64,000 bases of DNA from Ascidiella aspersa (Eukaryota). The notes under the pieces are model-generated. The model was given only the letters and a program-made list of their open reading frames with translations. It did no database searches and was not told the DNA's origin. The translations under genes were made by a program, and so were the position numbers. This document shows, in pieces, positions 12,728 through 22,983 of this stretch (its first letter is position 1; every line of letters starts with the position of its first letter). The stretch spans positions 10,602,001 to 10,666,000 of the forward strand of contig OZ004614.1 in assembly GCA_963924565.1 (NCBI GenBank), given 5' to 3'.

Positions 12728-13699
12728 TTGTCACAGCTTGGTTCACTTACGCTTCCCGACAAAAGGTTTGCAGAAATTCATGTGGACATCGTCGGACCGC
12801 TTCCGATGTCGCAGGGTTACTCTTACATATTTACTTCTATAGATCGTTTCACTAGGTGGCCGGAGGCGATCCCGATGGTGGATGCTACGTCAGAGTCGTG
12901 TGCCAGGGCTTTGCTGTCGTGGGTATCTCGTTTCGGTACACCACAGTCCGTAACTTCCGACAGAGGCCGTCAATTCGAGTCTAACCTATGGGCAAACCTA
13001 AACTCCCTCTTAGGTTCCCATCGCCAAAGAACCACCGCTTACCACCCGCAATCCAATGGAATAGTGGAAAGACTCCACCGGCAAATGAAAGCAGCACTCA
13101 AAGCCCGATTGGACAACAACCACTGGGTGGACCAACTTCCTGCAGTCATGCTCGGCATTTACATCGGTTGTTCTGCCGCAGAGCTGGCGTACGGCACGAC
13201 ACTGCGGTTACCAGGGGAGTTTTTCTCACCACCGTCACACGGCACCACTACAACCACAGCGGAGGTAACAACATTCCTGTCCAACTTCCAGAAATCAATG
13301 GAGAACGTTCGCGCCATTGCGACATCACGACACAGACAATCGCATAGTAGTGTACCGCGTATACTTCAAACGTGTAAATTTGTTTTCGTGCGTCGTGACT
13401 GTCATAGATCGCCCTTACAGTGTCCTTACGACGGCCCGTTTAACGTTATAGAAAGAAACAGTAAATTTTTCAAAATTAATGCTAATGGCTGTGTAGATAC
13501 TGTCTCGATTGACCGACTTAAACCGGCTTACACTGATAATGATTTATTAAACATGGAAAATACTCGCCCCACTTTTACCCAATGTTTACCACAACGTCCC
13601 GATATTCCATGCATACCACCGCAACCCTCTGTTCCCATTCGACCGAGGTTAACTGGACGTGGTCGTGTTATTACTGTGCCTGCTCGTTACCGAACGTGA
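12728..13699 (+). pseudogene. Integrase remnant of the Gypsy element
   Basis: DDE core (HVDIVGP…VTSDRGRQF…NGIVER) and a GPF module, separated from upstream pol by stops and frameshifts. Confidence 0.85.
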
Positions 13700-13721
13700 C
13701 TAACGCACCGGTGGGGGGTTT

Positions 13722-13858
13722 TGTAGCGTATCCTTTTATTATATGTGTTACGCGACATGCTACACGCGACACGTCTTTCTATCGTGCTCTTTCCGAGCGG
13801 TCACTCGCTCGGTCATTCGAAAATACAAGCTGACGTGTGCACTGCTCTGGCTCCTACA
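13722..13858 (+). repeat. 3' LTR
   Basis: TGTAG…CTACA, preceded by the PPT and followed by TSD TTAT. Confidence 0.92.
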
Positions 13859-14628
13859 TTATAACAAATGTTTGCAATTATTGTGATTTTGTAATTTATT
13901 TTAGTTAAAGATTAAAACTTGCCAATATAAAAGCACTTACCAAATACTGTTAAGAAATGTAACTATGTTCTTGGAAAATAAAGTTTGTTTTATTCTAAAT
14001 TCCATTCTTTCACAAATAATAAAAACATTGCACGAAATAAATAATAAAAACAAAATGCAACACAAACATACTGAAAAAGGGGAAACCAAATGACTACACA
14101 AGTTGTGTGGGATAAAGTCAGTTACAGTTCAGGCTTTGTTGACAGCAAGCGCAGCTAGCAAGGTAAACCCACAAAATTGAAAAATCTTGGGGTAGGAGAA
14201 ATAAACATTGCCCTCAGACCTCAGTTGATAAATTGTTTCCTATAGTGATAGGGTCTATTTGTTCCATTACTTGATGCTTGCTTTGGCCACACCCTTGTAC
14301 AGAAGTGTCGTGCTGTGCAAGTTTCACTCAGTTTAGACTTCAAAGTGCAAACTGCAAACTTATGCCAATAACTATAAAAGTCTCGTTGAACAGAAAAATA
14401 TGCTGCAAAGGTTGACTAGGAGAAGACACTGTGTAACCTTCAGACCTATGTCGTCCATAAATTCAGTTTTTAAAATTGTTTCATTTTTAGACAAATTTCA
14501 TGTAAAAAAATATCGTTTCTATCAACCTATTATCAAGTTATAATTCTATTGATTGTAAAATCCCCCTGTCAAAAGATGGCAAATAAAAGTTTGCTTTCAA
14601 CATACACATAGCTCTTATCTATTATTAT

Positions 14629-14834
14629 GGGTAATACTAATTTATGGAAGGATGAATGGTCGGACGCTCACTAATTTAAGTGTTACCCTGTTAAAACAAT
14701 TGTTAAACCAACGCACAATATTTGAGTTAGGGTGGGGGTTAGCGTTTGGGTGAAGGTGGGTCAAGTGTTACTATATTTAATAATAATACTGTGAGCGTTC
14801 CGACCATTCATCATTCCGTAAATTAGTGTTACCC
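14629..14834. mobile_element. MITE with GGGTAA(C/T)ACTAATTT TIRs, possibly Merlin-like
   Basis: About 45-bp TIRs, perfect 8-bp TSD ATTATTAT, and an internal GTTAGGGTG(C/G)GG(G)TTAGCGTTTGG motif shared with the 9060..9330 element. Confidence 0.75.
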
Positions 14835-15550
14835 ATTATTATCAAATTATCAAACCAATAATTAAGAGTCTATTCAAATGGACAACAGTGCTTTTTTAAC
14901 GTAGAGGTCTCCTTAATGCAGTCTATAAACTGGAACAGTTACTTTAAAATTTAAAGCTTGTTCAACCAATAGTAACAATCAAATATTTTCTTGATTTTCA
15001 TTAAACTTTACATTATATTTCCCCCCTGCGCCAAGGTACGAGGGCGCCAAAATGAGGCTGATTTTTCTTTAAATACCGTGTTGTATTAAATTTGAATCGT
15101 TTTTTTGTTTAAAGTAAGGTATATTATGTTATTGTAATATAAAATGTGATTAAACATGAAGGAAGGGCGCCAATTTTATAGTTTGCCCCCGGGCGCAAAA
15201 TACGCCGTTGGGCTCAAAAGATTTTGTTAAAATTGCCAAAGACATACTAGAACCTAATACAGATTCGCCCAGAGCGCGAAAACGTTGGCATTTTTGTAGT
15301 TACAATAGACAAAAAAATACAGTCAGTGTGAGGGGGACATGGTCACATGACCCTTGGATCCGTTCCTGGGCATGGCCACGTTTTTCCCTCCCGGATCAGC
15401 TCCTGGCCACAACCCATTCAAATAAAAGTTAGAATAACTGGTCTTTGAATTAAACCAACGACATAGAAATCCTCTTTATATGTCGTTGATTAAACCAAAG
15501 AGATTATCTCTTTGATTAAACTGAAAATCTCTTTGATTAAACTGAAAACA

Positions 15551-15653
15551 TTTGAACGCCTGTTCTGCTCATCCATTTTGCGCCATAAACTCATCCGAAA
15601 TGTTTTTGTGCTGGCGCCAATGCAAATTGCGTTTCGCGGTTTAAAAAGTAAGG
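15551..15653 (+). promoter_or_regulatory. Candidate cell-cycle promoter and non-coding first exon of FEN1
   Basis: TTTGAA at 15551, TGGCGCCA at 15612, octamer ATGCAAAT at 15620, E2F-like TTTCGCGG at 15632, CHR-like TTTAAA at 15640, then donor |GTAAGG at 15648. Candidate acceptors at 18620 and 18633 lie just before the FEN1 ATG. Confidence 0.4.
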
Positions 15654-16526
15654 CATGGGATTTGTTATGATTGCCTCTTTGCAAAGAAATGTTTTTTCAG
15701 TTTTAGTACAGAACATTATTGAATATTCAAATGCTCTAAACTTGGTAATGGTAACTTGGTAAAGATAGATATGCCTGAGTCAAGTTAAAGTGTTTCATAG
15801 GGTTTTAACTTGTCGTTTTATGAAGTTCTAACGAAACATTGTCAAACATGTATACAGTTGTGATCGTTTACGTTATTACCTTTTGTGTATCCCTGGTACT
15901 AAGCAATGTGTGTTGTCGATCACAACGCTGGTATACCCTTTATAAAAGATACTTTAGGAGTAGCAAAGTTAGACTTTCGATGTTTTAAAAATTTGACAAA
16001 CACCTGATACGCGTCACTTTGGGCTGATCTAGAATTCTACCACATTTTCATCTGGGGAGCTATATTTCTAACGTTATTTGGGCTAGGGTGCGGGTTAGCT
16101 TGTGGGTTCCCAGTCTTCAAAGCATGGCATATCTCAACGAGATCTCACATGTGCACGGCCGAAAAAATCCAGGTTACCGGGTGAAACAACGGTCAAAAAA
16201 ATGCACCTCGGGTGCACTTTTAAATTTTCGTGTGTGCTTTATGATTTTCTGATGCAATCTGTATTGCAAACATTGCACTGCAAACATATAAATAGGGGTG
16301 CAAGGACGATTTTTGTGGTGTACTTTTAAAAGCTTAAAAAAAAAACTCGTGGGTGCACATGCCACACTTTCGCCAGTGGGTGGGTTCTGGTGGGTCAAGT
16401 ACTATTATTATATTTTCTCTCGCATTTTTATTTCTTCCTTGCAATTTCAATTTTGCCAACTCATTTTGTTACTTGAAAAAAGTGGTAGGATTTTAGACCA
16501 GCGCTCTGACTTTTGTAGTACTTGAG

Positions 16527-18391
16527 GGGTGGTACTAAATACCGAATGGCACCGAATGGTACCGAATGGCACCGAATGGCACCGAATGGCACCGAATGGA
16601 ACCGAATGGAACTGAACGGAACCCAATAGAACCCACTGTAACTCGTAATAGAAACACTAAATACTAAATGGTACCGAATGGCACCGAATGGTACCGAATG
16701 GAACCCAATAAAACCCAATGAAACCCAATAGAACCCACTGTAACTCGTACTAGAAACACTAAATACCGAATGGTACTGAATGGTACCGAATGGCACCGAA
16801 TGGCACCGAATGGAACCCAATAGAACCCACTGTAACTCGTAATAGAAACACTAAATACTAAATGGTACCGAATGGCACCGAATGGTACCGAATGGAACCC
16901 AATAAAACCCAATGGAACCCAATAGAACCCACTGTAACTCGTAATAGAAACACTAAATACTAAATGGTACCGAATGGTACCGAATGGCACCGAATGGCAC
17001 CAAATGGTACCGAATGAAACCGAATGGAACCCAATAAAACCCAATGAAACCCAAAATAACCCATTGTAACTCGTACCAGAAACACTAAATACCGAATGGT
17101 ACTGAATGGTACCGAATGGCACCGAATGGCACCGAATGGAACCCAATAGAACCCACTGTAACTCGTAATAGAAACACTAAATACCGAATGGTACCAAATG
17201 GTACCGAATGGCACCGAATGGAACCCAATAGAACCCACTGTAACTCGTAATAGAAACACTAAATACCGAATGGTACTGAATGGTACCGAATGGCACCGAA
17301 TGGAACCCAATAGAACCCACTGTAACTCGTAATAGAAACACTAAATACCGAATGGTACTGAATTGTACCGAATGGCACCGAATGGAACCCAATAGAACCC
17401 ACTGTAACTCGTAATAGAAACACTAAATACCGAATGGTACTGAATGGTACCGAATGGCACCGAATGGAACCCAATAGAACCCACTGTAACTCGTACTAGA
17501 AACACTAAATACCGAATGGTACTGAATGGTACCGAATGGCACCGAATGGAACCCAATAGAACCCACTGTAACTCGTAATAGAAACACTAAATACCGAATG
17601 GAACTGAACGGAACCCAATAGAACCCACTGTAACTCGTAATAGAAACACTAAATACCGAATAGTACTGAATGGTACCGAATGGCACCGAATGGAACCCAA
17701 TAGAACCCACTGTAACTCGTAATAGAAACACTAAATACCGAATGGTACCGAATGGTACCGAATGGTACCTAATAGTACCGAATGATACCCAATGAAACCA
17801 AAAATAACCCATTATAACTCGCAATAGAAACACTAAATACCGGATGGTACCGAATGGAAGCAAATAGAACCCATTGTAACTCGTAGGAGAATCACTAAAC
17901 GGTTCTATTGGGTTCCATTCGGGACCATTCGGTATTTAGCGATAATCCTACGAGATAATTGGGTTCCGTTGGGTTCCATTCGGCATTCAGTGATTCTTCT
18001 ATGAGTACTATTGGGTTCAATTGAGTTCCAATGGCTATCATTTGGTACCATTCGGTTCCATTGGGTTCCATTGGGTTCCATTCGGTACCATTGGATACCA
18101 TTCGGTACCCTTCGGTATTTAGTACGATAAATCTCCTACAACATTGGGTCGAACGAGCTACATTAGGTCCTCTTGGATTATTTTTGGTTCCATTGGGGTC
18201 CAATCGATACCATGTTCCTTGCATCCCTCCGTAGGCCTCATACGTTTTAAAATACTCTCATGCGACATGATATCCTTCGTGTAAAATTAAATCAGATTTA
18301 GGAGTAAAACAGACGTTTAGTTTGGTTGGCATTCGTTAGTATTCGATCCCTTGTGGTTCCATTCGGTGCCATTCGGTATTTAGTACCACCC
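16527..18391. mobile_element. Foldback transposon with minisatellite arms (10-bp ACCGAATGGN units, 82-bp higher-order unit)
   Basis: TIRs GGGTGGTACTAAATACCGAATGGCACCGAATGG at both ends. 9-bp TSD GTACTTGAG/ATACTTGAG. Repeat orientation flips at about 17900. Confidence 0.85.
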
Positions 18392-18648
18392 ATACTTGAG
18401 GACCAGTCTGCAATCAGTGTCAATGAGCCCACCTCCTCGTTTTTTTCCAAAAGTTTGTGTTTGTATATATGATATTAATGGTATGTTAGCTTAAATCACC
18501 TTAAGGGTGCACAAAATTCTGATTGCATGTTAAAATAAAATTTCACTCTATTGATGCATTTATTTTAGTTGATTTATCTTTCAATTATTCTCGCATAGTT
18601 CATACATAAAAACTGTGCAGAATTATTTTTAAGTGAGAACCTGCAAAT

Positions 18649-19791
18649 ATGGGAATATTAGGTTTATCGAAACTTATCTGTGATAGGGCGCCGTCAGCTG
18701 TTAAAGAAAACAGCATCAAGAACTATTTTGGGCGCAAGGTTGCAATTGATGCATCCATGACTGTATACCAATTCTTGATTGCCATAAGGCAGGATGGCAA
18801 CCAGCTTACCAATGATGAAGGAGAAGTCACAAGTCACATTGCTGGTCTCTTCTATCGCACAATCCGTCTTTTAGAAAACGGAATCAAGCCGGTGTTTGTT
18901 TTTGATGGAAAGCCGCCTAAAATGAAATCTGGCGAGCTGGCCAAGCGCGCAGAGCGCCGGGAAGAGGCAGAAAAACAACTCGCCAAGGCACAGGAGGCAG
19001 GCGATGCGGAGGATGTTGACAAATTTTCCCGACGTCTCGTTAAAGTCACCAAAGAACATATGTCTGATTGCAAAAAGCTGCTCAAACTCATGGGAGTTCC
19101 AATTGTGGATGCTCCAACTGAGGCTGAAGCCCAATGTGCATCTTTGGTGAAGGCGGGAAAGGTGTATGCGACTGCAACGGAAGATATGGATGCTTTGACC
19201 TTTCACTCCACCAAGCTTCTCCGTCATTTGACCTTCAGTGAAGCTCGCAAAATGCCGATTCAGGAGTTCACTTACGATCGTGTGCTTGAGGAAATGGAGT
19301 TTACCCATGACCAGTTCGTTGACCTTTGCATCTTGCTTGGCTGTGACTACTGTGGGCACATTCGTGGAATTGGACCTAAGAGGGCATTCGATCTCGTCAA
19401 GCAGTACAAGAATATCGAAGAGATCATTAAAAACATTGACACAAAAAAGTACACAGTGCCAGATGGCTGGGTTTTCAAGGAAGCCAGACAACTGTTTTTG
19501 GAACCTGATGTGTCTGATGCCAAAGATGTTGACTTGAAATGGACTGAACCTGACGAAGAAGGAATTGTGCAATTCATGGTGAACGAAAAGGGCTTCAGTG
19601 AAGATAGAGTGAGAAATGGGGTCAAAAAGATTATCAAGAGCAGACAAACAACCACTCAAGGCCGATTGGATGATTTTTTTAAAGTAATGCCTTCCACCCC
19701 GAAAAATAAGAGGAAATCTGACACCAAAATCAAAACAGAGTCTGCCAAAAAGAAAGCTAAAATGGCAAATGGATTTAAAAAAAGAAGATAA
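18649..19791 (+). CDS. FEN1: Flap endonuclease 1 (380 aa, intronless CDS)
   Basis: XPG-N ([20 protein letters not shown]), XPG-I ([14 protein letters not shown]), H3TH (LLGCDYC…IRGIGPK), PIP box QGRLDDFF and a basic tail. Confidence 0.98.
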   Translation: MGILGLSKLICDRAPSAVKENSIKNYFGRKVAIDASMTVYQFLIAIRQDGNQLTNDEGEVTSHIAGLFYRTIRLLENGIKPVFVFDGKPPKMKSGELAKRAERREEAEKQLAKAQEAGDAEDVDKFSRRLVKVTKEHMSDCKKLLKLMGVPIVDAPTEAEAQCASLVKAGKVYATATEDMDALTFHSTKLLRHLTFSEARKMPIQEFTYDRVLEEMEFTHDQFVDLCILLGCDYCGHIRGIGPKRAFDLVKQYKNIEEIIKNIDTKKYTVPDGWVFKEARQLFLEPDVSDAKDVDLKWTEPDEEGIVQFMVNEKGFSEDRVRNGVKKIIKSRQTTTQGRLDDFFKVMPSTPKNKRKSDTKIKTESAKKKAKMANGFKKRR

Positions 19792-20154
19792 CTTTGTTGC
19801 CTTATTAATTTAATTGGCTATAAATTTGTTAATACTAGCCTAACTTCTCAAAGAAATTGTCTACCTTTTGTTAACTGATGTTATAAAATTATCTTGTTAC
19901 CCACGTTTTTGAATTTATTTCATGTTGATCCATTTAAAATTGTTAAACTGAAATGACATTTACACTGCCATTATATTTTTTGTGTAGCTCAGTTGTGTGT
20001 TATTTGATATGCTGCCATAAATTACGCTGTATAAATGTAGAAAGTCTTCATTGATTATTTTTTAAACTCTTTATGTGTAAATATAAAGGTCCTGATAACA
20101 TAGGTTTGTAACAAAGATTGTAAAACTACTTTCTCGAAACTAATTGCTAGAAAG

Positions 20155-22183
20155 ATGTCAACTAGTTTTCCTTCGTTCACACCGCAGACTTCAAACTGCT
20201 TGTGGTTTGATGTCTCCGGCCAGAGAAATACCGAAAAGGAACTTTGCGAGCTTGAGGCTAAATACAAGAACTGGGTAAACTTGTAATTGTCTTTGAATTT
20301 GTTGTTTTATTAAACAATGTTTTAAACGTATTTAATCATCGGTTAATAAAGTCTAACAAAACCAAATTAGGTTTAAATATTGCAACAAAAATCATAAAAT
20401 TTACAGCCTTTGTCATTTTGTAATATTTTCTACTATTTGCTGAATATTTTTACTGTATATAACTAACGATGGCCTCTGTTTAAATATTTTTTGGCCAACT
20501 TTAAAACCAGATAACAACAAAAGAAAGCTTTTTACACCCATTAAAGATAAGACATCTTAATACTACTGACAAATATTTTTCGTTCAGGTCTAGCAAATAC
20601 ACAAAGCAGTTAACTGCATTTACTTGTTCTTTTTATAAAACCCTTAAATAATATAAGTAGTTTTACATTATTTCAGATGGAATCCATAATCGGAAAAGAC
20701 CACGACACACAGTACATCGGAAAAAAGACAGACGCAATGGTAGGCTGATAAGTTTTTTAAAGCTTTAACCAGGGCTGTGGAGTCGGTCTCGGGACTCAAC
20801 AAAATTGCACATTTGCTGTAGAGTCCGGGCCGCACTCGGGACTCAACAAAATTGCATATTTGCTGTAGAGTCCGGGCCGGACTCGGGACTCGACAAAATC
20901 GCACATTTGCTGTAGAGTCCGGGCCGCACTCGGGACTCAACAAAATTGCATATTTGCTGTAGAGTCCGGGCCGGACTCGGGACTCGACAAAATCGCACAT
21001 TTGCTGTAGAGTCCGGGCCGCACTCGGGTTATTTTTAACTGACTCCGCAGCCCTGGCTTTAACTATCTCCAACTCTCAACCAATAGGCGATCTGGCAAAT
21101 TGTTATTTTATTTTCAAAGGTTCCCAGCGAGCAAGAACCGGAAGACCAATCGGAGGAAAGTGAGGATGAAGAAGACACAAACGGATTTCAGGATTCGCCA
21201 GATGAACAGAATCCTGGCTTGCAGGTAAGTGCAATTTGTATACTGTTATCATGCAGATCAGGGAATCCCATAATATCTAAAAGGCCCCATTCTTTCAACG
21301 AAGAACCTACTGTACGTAATCAAAGTTTTCATTTTTGGGAACATAGCATGTTCTGTTCTGTGCTTTAGATGAGAACAAAATAACTGGCCCTGCTCAATTT
21401 AGTATTTTTTGCCAACCTATAACTTGTTATTAAAAAAAGTATTATATGGCACTCATGAAAATACAACGTTACAAGAAATTTTGGCTTTTATGGCTCCATT
21501 AGCTAAAAAGGTTCCCCACCCTAGATGTAGATAAAGGGTATTTATTTATCGTAACTACTGTAGTTGTTGTACGGTAGAATATTCCACTTTTCAATTCTAA
21601 ATCCAAGCAAGTTGTTTTTATAAAGTGTGAATTTGCGAATACCAAAACGTCACATTTTCTTATGTAACTATACATTTCTTGCTTCTATTTGGTTCGATCA
21701 GATGTTTTATTGGACAAGTTTTTCTGGATAACTATGCAATGTTAAAATGAAAATGTGGTGGTGTTTAGAAATATAGTTGAGGGAGTATTTTGTGTGTTGT
21801 TTACTGAGGTTTTTAAAACACAAAACAGTTTTCGCTGTGAAACAAATTCTGCTACAAGTAAAAAAACAATCATTGATAGGTTTTTGCTTTTTGTTGCCAT
21901 TTTTGTTTTTCGTACAGTATAAGTATGAAATACAACAATAAGACCTAAGTGTATATTATGTGGTTGCGGTACATTTGACGTGTTTGTACCAGGGGTATAG
22001 ATAGAAAAAAATATTGTTTGCACCATAAAAAAATATGAATTGTTTCTACCGATTTTTCCCAATTATGGCTATTTATCGAAAAAAACGAGTTATGTTTTAC
22101 TATCAATTATTATTTCCACACCATAGGGCGATATAGACATGGAAGTGGTTGGCGATGGCGAAGATAGCACTTGGATGATCTAG
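20155..22183 (+). CDS. ANAPC15: Anaphase-promoting complex subunit 15 (114 aa, 4 exons)
   Basis: Exons 20155-20274 (MSTSFPSFTPQTSNCLWF…KNW), 20677-20739 (MESIIGKDHDTQYIGK…), 21120-21224 (acidic) and 22127-22183 (GDIDMEVV…TWMI*). All introns are phase 0 GT-AG. Matches the vertebrate APC15 pattern MSTLFPS…LWF…W…IGK…acidic…WMI. Confidence 0.9.
20770..21055. mobile_element. hAT-type MITE containing five 47-bp tandem repeats (ANAPC15 intron 2)
   Basis: TIRs CAGGGCTGTGGAGTC/GACTCCGCAGCCCTG, TSD GCTTTAAC. Units start at 20788, 20835, 20882, 20929 and 20976. Confidence 0.85.
21259..21524. mobile_element. Degenerate hAT MITE related to 113..613
   Basis: Shared 3' half (GGCCCTGCTCAATT…TTGGCTTTTATG…AAAAAGGTTCCC) and TSD ATG(C/T)AGAT. 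Confidence 0.65.
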
Positions 22184-22983
22184 ATTTGACAAGCTTTTTA
22201 TCGCCGCTGTCTGTATTGAGACAGCGACTCCTTGCGGCGAGTTTTGCAAAATAAATTTATTCAATAGAGGGCGACAAACAGCCACTTTTGAGCGTTTTTG
22301 TTTATACCTGTATACTGTATTTGTATGTCTAATAGTAGACTGCTTACGATCGAATAATACAATATTAAAACGATGTGAAGAGTCTTTCTGTTTCCAAAAT
22401 AGATTTTAAAAACGATCGACCAGTTTCTCCTGTGTCTTTCATCGATTTATATTGTTAATGCGGTGTGATTAATACTGGTTTAGCAACTAGGATTCTTTTT
22501 AACAAGTTTTGCATTTCGTACTTTTCTATATGCTTACTTTTTTATATCTTTTGCTTAACGTTGTTGTATTTCTTGTATTAAATCTATTTTGTGACAGAGA
22601 GTGGAATAAACTTTACTTTTTTGCGCCTTGTCTTTTTTTCAGCTCTTATTTTTAATGCCGCGGCGTTACCAATTTTAACTGATTGTTGAGAAGAACATTT
22701 TTTTTAAGTTCTTAGGTATATACATTTATTGTATACCGTTATGTGCTGTGACATCTTGATCCCTATTTTGTACTAAGGTTTCCCCAATGCCGGTCGGTCA
22801 TTATTCAAATATATATTTTGCGAAGCTTTCTCTTCACTTGTATATCGGTTTACCCTGTATTCGTACAGCGCATCCACCATTTCTAAAATCTGCCTTATGT
22901 CCCCATAAGCAGGTTTTTCAATAATTCTGTGAAAAAAAAAACGTTAGCCTTTGCTAAAGTTTCTTAACGAATCGGACATCGCC

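Larger units (their letters stand above)
9909..13858 (+). mobile_element. Defective Ty3/Gypsy LTR retrotransposon, CsRn1-like
   Basis: 137-bp LTRs (9909-10045, 13722-13858), TSD TTAT, PBS TGGTGACCCCG (10048-10058, tRNA-Trp type) and a G-rich PPT at about 13710-13718. Fragmented gag (AVAVKISPFWP…, CWYH), protease (YLVDSGA), RT, RNase H (TTDAS) and integrase (HVDIVGP, SDRG, GIVER, GPF) in Gypsy order, with many frameshifts and stops. Confidence 0.95.

Noticed and set aside
14150-14460. Possible minus-strand exon or hAT transposase remnant
   Set aside because: All frames I read are interrupted and the similarity is too weak to call by eye.
16461-18234. CRISPR-like periodic array and many overlapping ORFs
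   Set aside because: There are no unique spacers and no cas genes, and the context is eukaryotic. The ORFs are translations of the minisatellite.
21702-21731. Alternative ANAPC15 last exon (MFYWTSFSG*)
   Set aside because: 22127-22183 gives the conserved …WMI C-terminus and is the better model.
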